From positions 41,883 to 105,882 of the forward strand of contig NIVC01000971.1 in the NCBI GenBank assembly GCA_002269645.1: a stretch of 64,000 nucleotides of DNA. The letters are read 5' to 3'. The stretch's first letter is position 1. The number at the start of each line of letters is the position of its first letter. The stretch is from Macrostomum lignano (taxonomy: Eukaryota). Under the pieces are notes generated by a model that saw only the letters and a program-made list of their open reading frames with translations, was not told where the DNA came from and made no database searches. The position numbers were made by a program, and so were the translations under genes. Shown here in pieces: positions 26,771 through 39,079 of this stretch.

Positions 26771-28109
26771 TGAACGAAGTTACATTCCAAGTTAAAATTT
26801 TAAGCACATTACATGTGCACTTATGCCCGGCACTGATGTCATTATTCTACATTTTTCCGCAGTCATCATTCCACACTTTTTCATCATGTTGCAATTGGCT
26901 GTTTTGAGAGTTATTTTACCATAGACAACTGTGATGTGCGTTTTAGTTAGACCATAGACAACACTCTGATGAGTGCTGATTTTGCGTGCGTCTTGCCAGA
27001 AAGCAGGGGAGCAAGCATGCAAAAGCTATTTGTCTTGTCAAGCAACTATGGCTAGTGTTTCTCGTTAAACAGCCGCGCCGCGCCTATTAATTAGAAACAT
27101 CTTTCTGTCTTTGTTCATTGCCTCCAATTTGCCTTAATTATTCACTTTGCCAACACAGCTTGCTATAAAGTACATAGTGTACTCTGACCCAAAAATTACA
27201 ATAATAGCTAAACATTTTGCTCCTGAATCATTAGTCAAAAGATTCATTGATCTGAACGACTGCGACAGAAAATCATTCTGGTTGTCAATCGTGTGGTTGA
27301 ATACTCTTGAATTCAACCATGCTTCACACAGCATTTTAATCCGACTGATCCTCCTTTTCAGAGTGTTTCTGTCTGCGCTGCTCTGCTCCCTTATACAGAG
27401 TATGCTTCGTAAGCTTAGCTGTTAAAATAAGTTAAATATTATAGTGAATGGACTAGCCATCAGCGCCCCCCGTTGCGGAGCCAACAAATGGAATACAAAT
27501 TTCTGAATAAACTACATGTAGCTTCTGACCTCAGCTTTGATGTCGCACCAATTTCCCCATAAGCCTTGAAATCTCAGCAATTCCAACAGTAAGCCTTGAC
27601 ATCTTTTCTCGAGCAAAGTCATGGTTGACTTAATGAGTGCTCGCAGCCTTCGTGAAGGAGCCACTCTGAATTCTGAAAGAAATCGAGAGAAAGGCGCCGA
27701 AAGAACAAAACTGTACTATAACTGTTTTCTTCAGAAATTGAAACAATGATAAAGAAAATTCAAAGCTTAGATAAGAATTGTCGGCTTTTTTCTGCTTGAC
27801 CGAGAAATCAGATCTTGCAAGTGCGTTACAGTCGTCGCTTATCATATCCGAGCACTGAATCGCGGCTTGGACCAAAATACATTGGTAGATCTTATCTGTT
27901 CAAAAGAAGCAAAACTTCTGCTGCCGTATGCGCTGTGAATGCACTGTCAGTGGGGTTGGCTGAATGCGCTGCTGTTTGCAGACGCCCGAGCTTTGAAATT
28001 TCAACTATTATTCAGTTATTCGTTTGAATAAAGCAGGGAATCCTATTGGCTTTCCCTGGAGGCTTCCCTGGAATAAAGACTCATCTGATCCTATCTATTG
28101 TTTTGTAGG

Positions 28110-28553
28110 TTAAATTTTATGTTCGAAGATCTAACCTGCCTGTCTGTCTGTCTGTCTGTCTGTCTGTGTGTCTGTCTGCGTGTTGAAAGTTCAGTGAATT
28201 TTCACTACTACTAATTTTGAATTCTTTGATTGCTACTTCTAGTATTATGTTGTATTCATCTATTCAGTAAAAAACTTCCACGAGCTATATTTCTTTTGCT
28301 CATCAAATTTTAACTTTTCAATTTTTCACAGGGAGGCTGTGAGCGCTGTCGCAAATTAAGTATGCGGCAGTCGACCCGCAGCCAGTGACAGGGCGAGCAG
28401 TCGTGCCCATCACGCTGACCCCAGAGCACTCACAGGAATATGTACGTATCGGCACACGCTCACAATGGTGTACAACGGCCTTTTTGACCTTTTTGACATT
28501 TGACTTTCTAATCGTCAGAAATGCACACTCTGTGCGCCTTGGGGCAGACAGAC

Positions 28554-28597
<44 letters not shown>

Positions 28598-28650
28598 TAC
28601 AGACAGAGTTAGACGCGTTGCCCTCTTGAGCTGCTTTGCCCTAAAAATTT
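28110..28650 (-). mobile_element. Helentron-associated (HINE/DINE-like) non-autonomous element
   Basis: Subterminal inverted repeats tctaac+(TGTC)n and (GACA)n+gttaga, with T-rich ends; family assignment is inferred from this architecture. Confidence 0.5.
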
Positions 28651-29180
28651 ACGTGTAGTCGAAAAAAGCAAATTAAATTTCATTTAGCTACATGCATACT
28701 CGTATTGTGTACGCAGAAACCGCAGGAATTCGAAGACAGCCATAGTTAGACAGCAGTCTTGGTGTCGAGTTACCAATTTTTGGCAGGACCCACCCGCCAT
28801 ATTTGTATATTTGATGCACGCGTCTTAGAAAGAGCCTGTAGATATGCATCAGAACGCTTGCCATACTTGGCCGCAAGTTACATTACTAGAATACTAACGG
28901 AGAGAACTGATAAAAACGCGCACTGACCGCTGAGGGGCATGAATACACAGTACTGGATGCATAACAGTGAGCGCGTGCATCTGCAAAATCTAAATATGAA
29001 GCATTGCAAAATAAAACCACGCACCATTCTGACTTTGCTATTTATTTATAAAAGCTATGCGAGCTCCAATTTAAGATTTTCAGGGTATAAAAATTTACTA
29101 CCGGTCAATAAGGCTAACGTGTTTGTTATAGCTTCCTTTTGTATATAATCTTGAAACTTGTGTGCCGCAATCCTGCCGTT

Positions 29181-32100
29181 ATGGCCCAGAGCTCCGGAGC
29201 AAGTCAAAGCGGTGAGGAATCCTTCGAGCCAGAACTCAACAAAGCGTTTCGAGATCGGCTCAAACCATGCCTGGACGCCATAGACTGTCTGCGGGCTCAG
29301 GGTCTGCAAAAGGACGTCCGACTGCCGGCTATTGCCGTTGTCGGCGACCAGTCGGTGGGCAAGTCGTCCGTGCTCGAATCCATCTCTGGCATCGACTTGC
29401 CCCGCGGTCTGGGCATCGTCACCCGCTGCCCGCTGATGCTGAGCATGCGGAACCGTGAGGAGGCCGGCTGGTCTGCCAGAATCAAGTGAGGATCAGGAGT
29501 TGCCTGCTCAATGTCTGCAACGACTTTTGATTGAAATTGAATTTTTATTGCATTGATTATGACTTGAATTTATGATTACAGATATAAAACAAAAACAGGC
29601 GAGGGCAGGGAGAAGAAACTTACTGGGGCAAGCGAAGTTGGCCAAGCGATACGCGATGCTCAGAACGAGATGACCAACTCGAGCGGAGAGGTCTCCGAGC
29701 AGCTAATCGAGCTGTGGGTTGAGAGTCCCGAGTCTCCGGACTTGACACTGATTGACCTGCCGGGAATTGCCAGGTAATATCGGATTTAAAATGCTTACAT
29801 TTTTGTCTAGCAGCAGCAGGTGTGTGCTTTGCATGCGTTGCATTAGTAGCTATTAGTAGGGAGACTACCTGCGAAATGAACTGGCGTCTAAAGTCCCAAA
29901 CCCTGCTGAATGACGCCCATCCATAGTGTGAGAAGTTCAGTAATGATCAGTGAGTAAGGGGGTGGGATACTATGGTATGGTAGAGTAGCTTAGTTGGTTA
30001 ACGCGTCTAACGTTCGAGCCGGCCATTCCGTGCGCGGCCACGTGATCATTCGGAGTGCAGTGCTAATTTTCGGCGGTGCTCAAAGACACCCTAGGGGCTG
30101 TGGGTTGATTGTCACCTTGATTTGCGGCGATGCTCACAGACACCCTAGGGGCTGTGGGTTGACTCTCACCTTGATTTGCGGCGGTGCTCACAGACACCCT
30201 AGGATCTTGTCAACTATAGACAAGCGTTAGCTGATGACACTTGTTTTCTTGCCATACAATTGATTTAATTGGCGAAGTCTGGCGAACTATCATCCAGGTA
30301 CTCCATCGACGGTGGCGGAGCCATAGCCGGTCTAACCAAGTCCCTCATCCTGAGCTACATTGAAAAGGAAGAAATTTTAATACTGGTTGTCATCCCGTGC
30401 CACGTAGACATCGAGACAGTTGAGGCTCTCTCCCTAGCCAAAGAGGTCGACCCGGAATCGAAGCGGACAATCGGAGTTCTCACCTGTCCTGACCTGGTCA
30501 ACCCAGGCTCCGAATCAGAAGTCCTGGCGCTCATGCAAAACCGGAAGATTCCGTTGAAGAAGGGCTACGTCTCCGTGAGGTGCCGAACACCGCAGCAGTT
30601 GAAGGACAACATGAGCCTGCAGCAGGCGGCCAGGGAGGAGGAAGTGTTCTTCCGGACCCATCCGCACTTCAGGGCGCTGGACAAATTCGAGTACGGAACC
30701 AAGACTCTGGCGGTGAAGCTGAGCAGCGAGCTCTACGAGGCTATCAAGCACAACATCCCTGAGCTGATGAGAGAGGTCCAGGTAATTCGCCATGACACCC
30801 GGGCAAATAAAAACATTGGAGGCGGGGGCAAGTAGGTCAGTTGTAAACGTGCCCGGCTCTGACTCGGTTCGATTCTGTGCGCAGCCACATCTATTTGATC
30901 AAAGAGAGTGTACGAGCCTGACGATTAGAAAGTCCGTGTGAGCGTGTGTATGACGATTTCGCCAAAGGCGTTGCGCCAAGGCGCCTGCAGCCCTCCTCAA
31001 TAAATAATTCAAGAATCAAAGTGATGCTAGGACCTGTAGCTAAAATTTCAAAGCCGTACGTGCCTCGGTTGTTTCGTTAAAAATGCGCACCTGTGTCCTG
31101 AAAATCGCGGCCAACAGCTTTTTTATTATTATTGTGGTCACCCATGCTCATTTCCACACACGTACGCTACTGCCTTTTTAGATGAAACGCGAGGATATCT
31201 GCAAAAAGTTGGAAACCATGGGCTGCGGACCGCCCGACTCGATTGAAGAAATGAAGAATCTGCTGGTCAGAATGATCAATAAGTTCACGACGGACTTCGC
31301 CAATGTTTCCACTGGAACCCATCGTCACGAGCCAGACAGGCTGTTTGGTCGCTGCCGCAAGCACTGGGAGACACTGGCTGACGAGATTGAGCAGTGCGCC
31401 TTCTCAGAGCGCAGTGACGGTAAGACCGATACGCTCTTATCGATATGAGTTTTGTTAGGATATGAGACGCTATTACAATAAAATAGGTGAATAGTTCTAA
31501 AGACTACTAACTTATCGTCGGACGAGTATCAGGACGTATCGGTTGCACTCATGGCTAATGATTTGAGGACCAGAAATTTAAATACACTTTACTCCGAAAC
31601 ACCGTAACTTTTAGAGGTTCTTGAGATGTACTCAAAAAGTACTCATGACTCATGATTACTTCTTGAGATTTACTCATGAATTTAGAATTCATGATGACAT
31701 AGCTCGATTAAATTATGCTGGCACATCTACATCTGCAGCACAGAATCCCTATCAGTTGCAATGCCATTCCCGTTTACACAGTGACATTACAGCACAGAAT
31801 CCTTATCGATTACAATGCTATTCCCGTTTACACAGTGACATTACAGCACAGAATCCCTATCAGTTGCAATGCTATTCCCGTTTACACAGTGACATTACAG
31901 CACAGAATCCCTATCAGTTGCAATGCTATATTCCCGTTTACACAGTGACATTACAGCACAGAATCCCTATCAGTTGCAATGCCATTCCCGTTTACACAGT
32001 GACATTACAGCACAGAATCCCTATCAGTTGCAATGCTATTCCCGTTTACACAGTGACATTACAGCACAGAGTCCCTATCAGTTGCAATGCCATTCCCGTT

Positions 32101-35100
32101 TACACAGTGACATTACAGCACAGAATCCCTATCAGTTGCAATGCTATATTCCCGTTTACACAGTGACATTACAGCACAGAATCCCTATCAGTTGCAATGC
32201 TATTCCCGTTTACACAGTGACATTACAGCACAGAATCCCTATCAGTTGCAATGCCATTCCCGTTTACACAGTGACATTACAGCACAGAATCCCTATCAGT
32301 TGCAATGCCATTCCCGTTTACACAGTGACATTACAGCACAGAATCCCTATCAGTTGCAATGCTATATTCCCGTTTACACAGTGACATTACAGCACAGAAT
32401 CCCTATCAGTTGCAATGCTATTCCCGTTTACACAGTGACATTACAGCACAGAATCCCTATCAGTTGCAATGCCATTCCCGTTTACACAGTGACATTACAG
32501 CACAGAATCCCTATCAGTTGCAATGCCATTCCCGTTTACACAGTGACATTACAGCACAGAATCCCTATCAGTTGCAATGCTATTACCGTTTACACAGTGA
32601 CATTACAGCACAGAATCCTTATCGATTACAATGCTATTCCCGTTTACACAGTGACATTACAGCACAGAATCCCTATCAATTACAATGCTATTCCCGTTAA
32701 CGCAGTGACTGCGATGTGGGAGGCGGCCAAGAAGGACATCGAGGAGCAGAGGGGCTGCGAGCTGCCAGGATTCGACAACGTGTACCCTGTGGTAGAGCGG
32801 CTCGTGCGCAACCACTTTCTCAAGCTGGTCCGGGAGCCCTGCAGCAACTTCTTGGTCTCCGTTAATCAGGAGGTCGACGAGACGGTGCGAACCCTCGCTG
32901 ATCTTGTCTTTGGCGACTATCCAACGTTCAACCAGTTCATCAAGGAAGTGTGCGAGGGCATCAGAACCGGGCAGGTAGATCTTGCCAGGGAGCAAATCAG
33001 GAACATCTTCACGGAGGAGGAGTTCGTCTTCACGCAGGACAGAATTTTCCTGCTGGAAAAGGACAAGCAAGTGCAGATTTATGAATGCATTTTTGAACGC
33101 CATTTTTTGCAACTTTATCAAACACACTGTAAGTCAAGTTGGATATTGACTTAAATTAATTTATGCATGCACATCCTGAATGTTATAAGTTAAAGAATAC
33201 CAGTTCATTTGTAGCTAGTTGAATTGAATGCAGTAAAAATGGCGTACATAGGTGCTGATGACATGCCTTTTATTATCTGTGCCGGTGCTGTATACACTCG
33301 AACACGCAGGTGAATATCGTAGATGCCAGATCAGATTTAGCATCAAATTTTAATGCCATAACGCGTCTTGTTCTTATCTATTTGTGTATTCGTCACTAAT
33401 TTTTTAGCGTACCGCTAGGAATACAAGGGAGTGGCTGCATGCTGTCTTTCCAGGGGTCTATGAAGTTTTCTTGCCGAACTTTGCTTGCCGAACTTTGCTT
33501 GCAGTAAATTTGCTTGCCGAGGTTTGCCACCCAAAGTTTTCTTGCGGAACCCTAAAGAAACTATTTTTGAGCTCTTGTATTTCTAATTTTCATTTTCTAA
33601 GATTATTGGAAGTCGCTTATAGTGTTATGATTTTGTACGAGGATATGATGGATTTGAAAAGCCCTAACGCAGAAACTTTCGAAACTCCACGGAACTTTCG
33701 GTTCTATTTTAACTTTTGTTCCTCGGTGACAAGTACACCACACTAGTACTCGTGCAAATCCGCCAGTCCAAGTGCGTTTACATTTTTATGTACACTAATT
33801 AGTATATGCAATATTATACATTAGCATCACTACAATTATCATACCTGCTCAATCGTGCTGAAATCAGGAACTACAAAGATTTATACTGTTACTGATCCCT
33901 TTCTATCTATACTAAATCTCTAATCATTCTATATAATAAAATCTTAGAATGAAACTCTATAAGCCTAGTTTGAAAGCTCAGTGTCAAGTCAGTTTACGTC
34001 GACCCTGATAAGAATCCACTTGCAAAGCATCTGTGGCAAGTAATAATTGACTGACCAACTTCACAAGCAATCAAAACAAGCAAGCAGACAAGAAAATAAT
34101 TCGGCAAGTTAAAACCTTGCAATTGTGATTGCGAATTTCTAGGAAGCAGACATCAAAATTCCGCAAGCAAAGTTCGGCAAGCAAACTTCGGCAAGCGAAA
34201 TTCCGCAAGCAAAAGTCCCGCAAGCAAAGTTCGGCAAGCAAACGTCGTACTCCCCTTGCCAGATCAGGAATAAACCGATGTTGAACTGCATGCTATCACC
34301 GAATAAACCGAAAGTACGCGAGTGCTAAAAAAAGTCATCAGATTACGAGACTAAGGATTGAGCTGGTAGCAACAATAATTTTCACAATTACTCCACGAGC
34401 AGCTTACAATGCATGGAATATATATTTGTTTATTCAAGGTAGTAGTATGGGGGCTACAATAGCCTAACCCCGCTTTAAAACCATAAACATCGGATCCGTC
34501 CAATCTGACACAATCCTGAATTGACCTGATATGCTAAATTTATACCTGAAAAGCTATAAAATTTTATTTAGCCTAAATCACGACGTATTCTGATATAAAC
34601 ATTCAAGGTTTCGACCTTGCAAAGTCTCGACTTTGTGAAGGAAGGTGCTTTCGACATTGTGAAATTTTTAGTTTGTGAACCCCCCCCCCGTGAGTCGAGA
34701 GTTTGCCCCCAATCGGGCTCTGCAGACTGCAGTATTTTAACAATGCCCGGTTAGAGAATCCTGGGTCTCACTTCGCTGAACAAACCCGTCACCGCCATCG
34801 CCACCCCTGCAGGCCGTACAACGAGAAGCTCCGCCTGCAGCACCGCAAGCCGGAGTCGGGAGGCAAGAGCGGGGAGGCTTCGATCAGCTCGGAGAAGCCG
34901 GCAGCGACAATGCAGGACATCGTCGAGCGCAACACGCAGCGAGTGCTGGAAGGAGCCGAGGCGTACATTCGAGTGGCTGTGAGGCGCCTGCAGGACACCA
35001 TCACCCTGGCAGTCATGCACTACATGCTGCACAAGATGTCTGACAAGCTGCGCGAGTCGCTCATCGTCCTCGTCACGGAGCCGCAGCCGCTGTTCGACAA

Positions 35101-35200
35101 GCTGCGCGAGGAGAATCCCCTGATTAGCGCAAAGAGGCGACACCTGGCAGACAGGATGGAGAAGTTGGCAGCTGCTGAGCAGGAGCTGGCGAGGTTCTGA
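29181..35200 (+). CDS. Mx-like dynamin-superfamily GTPase; exons 29181-29485, 29582-29773, 30298-30781, 31182-31419, 32706-33066, 34813-35200 (~655 aa; last intron boundaries tentative)
   Basis: [45 protein letters not shown]...[19 protein letters not shown], and a GED ending [22 protein letters not shown]. No PH or proline-rich domain. GDQS and TRCPL are Mx-type rather than dynamin-type. Confidence 0.88.
29983..30205 (+). repeat. Degenerate tRNA-like head followed by three 54-bp tandem units (30071, 30125, 30179) in Mx intron 2
   Basis: gtagcttagttggttaacgcgtc is A-box-like; units are cggcggtgctcaaagacaccctaggggctgtgggttg... Confidence 0.6.
31727..32705 (+). repeat. 54-bp minisatellite, ~18 copies, ending at and copying the Mx exon-5 acceptor
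   Basis: Unit acagcacagaatccctatcagttgcaatgctattcccgtttacacagtgacatt; true acceptor ttcccgttaacgcag|tgac. Confidence 0.93.
33454..34254. mobile_element. MULE-like non-autonomous element in Mx intron 5
   Basis: GGG...CCC ends; inverted arrays of (ttgcttgccgaac) and (gttcggcaagcaa); imperfect 8-bp TSD ctttccag/cttgccag. Confidence 0.7.
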
Positions 35201-36999
35201 TCGAGCCGATTCATATCGGTTGGTTGACAGAAGAGTGACCATATTGCAATGAGCGTACATTATATTTATTATCAAATAGGTAAAATTTATCTAGTTATTA
35301 ATCAATGATTTAGTGTCTTTTTTTCTAGTTTATGTTTGAGAAATTTAATTCATCTTCTCGTGGGTGGCAATAATATATTAGGAAAACCATTACGCACAAC
35401 TTCTAAACTCTACTCTTGGCCGTACACATAATATATTCCAGGTGTTGGCCGACTTTATTAACCGAATGCCACATACAATAGACTATTTTCAATTTACCCT
35501 CGAGCTCCCGTGCAACAACCCGACGTCAAGCGGCTTTTCCGCTTTTGATAGCCACCCACTATACGGCTCTGAATGTGTTTCTTGACCTAATGAATTAAAT
35601 ATTTATTTATTCGCGTTGTTTAATATATTTATATTCTTGATGTTAAGTCGTGTAGCTAATTCTTGCATGTAGCAATTTTGAATCAATTTGATGAGTTATT
35701 TATTTGTTTAGAGATCAGAGATTAATTTATACAGGGGTCGGTAACCTTCTTTCACCTCAAGTGATTAAAATTTGAATGGGACGGGCAGAAAGGTCCCTTA
35801 GTGACTGAAGGCCAGTCACAGCTGAAGCTGAAACTTCAGCCAATTGAAGTTTACTAGATGAGATATTGTGACTCTATACTAAACAACTGGAGACACTTCC
35901 TATCTTCCTATAACTTGTCATTACGCCTAAAACTTGAAAGCCTTTGATGCCCGTAGTCACAAAGCAAAAAAGTACCTGTAATTACAGTTGTCCCTTCACT
36001 AGTTTTAGTTGTCCCTGAGCCCCTCTGTTTATAGCTTCTCAGCAAGTTAGATTACTTTTACAAAGGTAGACGCACATATTACTACTAGTGGTTCACTAAG
36101 TATAGACTGATTAAGTTTGATAGCTGGGCACTTGCCTTTTAAACCTTATTAATAAATAATTAGCTGATCTAATTCTTCAATTTCAACCTATTGATAGCAG
36201 GTACACTGTAACAGCAGAATAATTAATTCTAAATGGCCGTCTGCGTCTGATTTTTAAAAAGTCAATTAGCTATATATACTGTCAAGTTTCTCTCAACGAA
36301 AACATACATTGTTATAGCGATCATAGCATTGGAAGTCCTTTATAAGCCTGCAGCATGACAGATCAGCAGCATTTCAAATGGTTCGGCAATCCGCCATTTC
36401 GATGCTCCTTTAAATTCCTTAGCCAGCGCCTCCCAGAGTTGACGAAAGCCGGCCAACTTGCCAGCTCGTTTGCCACCGCTGACGACGCCTCCGTCTGCAG
36501 CGACGCCGCGGCGCAGCAGGACTTGATGGACTCTGAAAGTGCTGTGCCGTCTGGTTCGCAGGACTTCCAGCTGAGCATGCTGAATATTGGCTGGTTCTAT
36601 CAGCGGGACAAAGGCTGCTACTCTCGGTGTCCGAAGAATCAGCTGAAGGAGGACATTCTTCAGAAACCTAACTAACCAAAACATCGAGTTTAAATGTTTA
36701 AAAAGTTTAAACGCTCTAAAAAATTGCCCTCATTTTTTCTCGAATGTCAATTCTTGTTAGACCTCCACCGCGCTACTGAGGCCACTGATACATGCAACGT
36801 GTAAGCTTAAATAAACTTTTTCTACAGGCTAATAGTTTTTTGTTATGCTTACAATGTAGGCAAATTTTACGTGAAAGACAAGGCAGAGACGAGAACTTTG
36901 ATATAATGTACATGTACATAACTTTTAGAACAAAAAATACGCTGTCAGAGCCCTTCGATGGCAGCATCACATGCAGCTAGAGCAAACCTCTGGGAAAGG

Positions 37000-37650
37000 T
37001 GGCAAACGAAGACCGCGCCGTCGACCGAATCCACGGCACCAACTTCAGCCAGCAGGCAGTCGACGTAACGCCAACAAGTGCGCGCCTGTCCCCGCCGGTA
37101 AGGTGCCTGCAGCGTCATCAGCAGCAGGTCCTACAATGGTTGTGGGCAGTGCGACTCGGCACGGATCATATGTTGCCTGTCTGGATGGACCAGGCCGGCG
37201 CGGCGATGCAGGCACCTTACCGTCGCCGATCTTGTTGTACAGCAGGACGGTCTCGACTGGAACAGCGCCGCCCTCTGGTTGTCGGGTAGGAGCCTCGGAC
37301 TGGTGCAGGACTGCCCTCGCAGAACAAAAGGCAAATCCAGGCAAGCCCGCAGCGACGCCTCAGATCCTTGTGGACGCCGGTAACCAGCAGACCGCCAAGA
37401 TAGATAACAACACGGAAGCTCGATCGGTTGTCTGTCCATCTGCGCCTCGGCACAAAATTGCAGCCTTTATGTCGTCCGCAAGGCGCAGAGCGCGACGTTC
37501 TTCTGTGTGTTGACCACACCAGGCCGACACTCCCCACAACAGCAATCAGCTTGTCAAGTTGTCGCTGGTCCTGCCTTCGACAGTTGAGGACAGCAGGGCG
37601 AGATCGTCGGCGTAGCCAAGTACGCTGAGTCACTCTCTCCAGAACGTTGC
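37000..37650 (-). mobile_element. Degenerate RTE-like LINE RT fragment with CpGs retained
   Basis: Minus strand reads LGYADDLALLSSTVEG (tacgccgacgat at 37603-37614), QRQLDKL..V.SVGLV, IYLGGL, DLRRR.GLAW, VETVLLYN; several frameshifts. Confidence 0.8.
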
Positions 37651-39079
37651 ATTCAGGCCATTGTAGATCCTATACCTGCATGTACAGTGAGACGTACTCT
37701 CAGAAAAAAGTAGCAGTTGCACTGAATTTAATGACTTGCCCCTTAGTAAATGTTTTAGACGGAATTTGGCGCCAAAGTGAAGCCCATAATTTTAGTTCTG
37801 TGCCCCGCCCCCTCACCATGAAATATTTTTATTTTAAAATTTTGTTTTTGTACGTATAGTTTTGATTCATGTTGATTGATAATTTACACGTATGTGTAGG
37901 AAATTGTTTTGAAACTAGCTCTTCGCGGTCTAATAATGGTGAGTGGTTTTCAACATTGTGACATTTCGGTCTTAAGTTTATTAGCCACGCGTGTTTAGGG
38001 AGCTCCCATCTCTCCTCCTCGATAACCGCGATTGTGGCTTTCTACTATTACTAATAGAAACCAGAAGAGGAACATTCCTTCTGCATTCATGACATGACAG
38101 TCGCCCTTGAATTACAGAATAGAAGTTGTACGACAAAGTGGAGCGGTCGGCATGGAAACCGAACAGCTGCAGAAGTGCACGCGTCAGCGCTCATTCAAAG
38201 GCTGCTCTACTACAACTCAAGCTACTTTCTTCATAGACGTGGAACATCTCAGTCAGAGTTTTCTTTACTTCGCATTGGGTTTGCTTAAATCGAAAAGAGA
38301 TTCCAGGAAAGCTGGTGGCCAATTCAAATTCACCAGGATCGTCAATTTCAAAATCTCCAACCGAACGTACGTACCATTCGAATACCACATCCACAATCAG
38401 TTTCGGGGCAATGGGCATACTTACACTTATCCACATGATATTGCATAAATGTTTATACTTTCTGACATACACTCGATCTCAATGTATTTACCATATTTAG
38501 CATATGGTAGGCCTACTTTTTGTTTTTAGCATGTCTCTGTCAGTGTCAGTGCCATGCCCATGCAGCATTGCAGTCCATTAGTCAAAGTAGCACAGTAGCA
38601 AAGACCAAAGTCTAAGTAGCACAGAAAATTTCCAACTGGACCTCCCCCCATTGTCCATATCTGACTCTCTTGATGTGGCTCTCATACCTTGGTTGGAGAT
38701 TGAGTGCCTCTTGATGAATCTTGAGTCTTGAATCTTGAGTCATGAGTCTTGAGTCATGAATCTTGATGAATCTTTTGTTTTGCCTTGGACTTTTAATTCA
38801 TATCTATGAGTATGAGTGTAGGCCTATGACTAGATGTATTTTCATAATTTAGCCTAGCCTAGGCCTATCCCAATATAGGCCTAATAATGCTGAATGCTGC
38901 ACTACAGGGCCTAGCCGCCTAGATATAAATATGCATAAGCTACATATGATAGAAGTAAAAAATAAATTCACTTTGGGCTTGCAACTGCAACATTAAAAAG
39001 TAATAAAAATAACAATCTAGTTGTTTTTTCTTTTGTATTTTATTATTATCATTATTAAACAGATGCTGGTGCAGGGGTT

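Noticed and set aside
36340-36684. GC-rich ORFs on both strands, including a possible minus-strand exon
   Set aside because: No recognisable domain or partner exons; may belong to the adjacent LINE 3' region.
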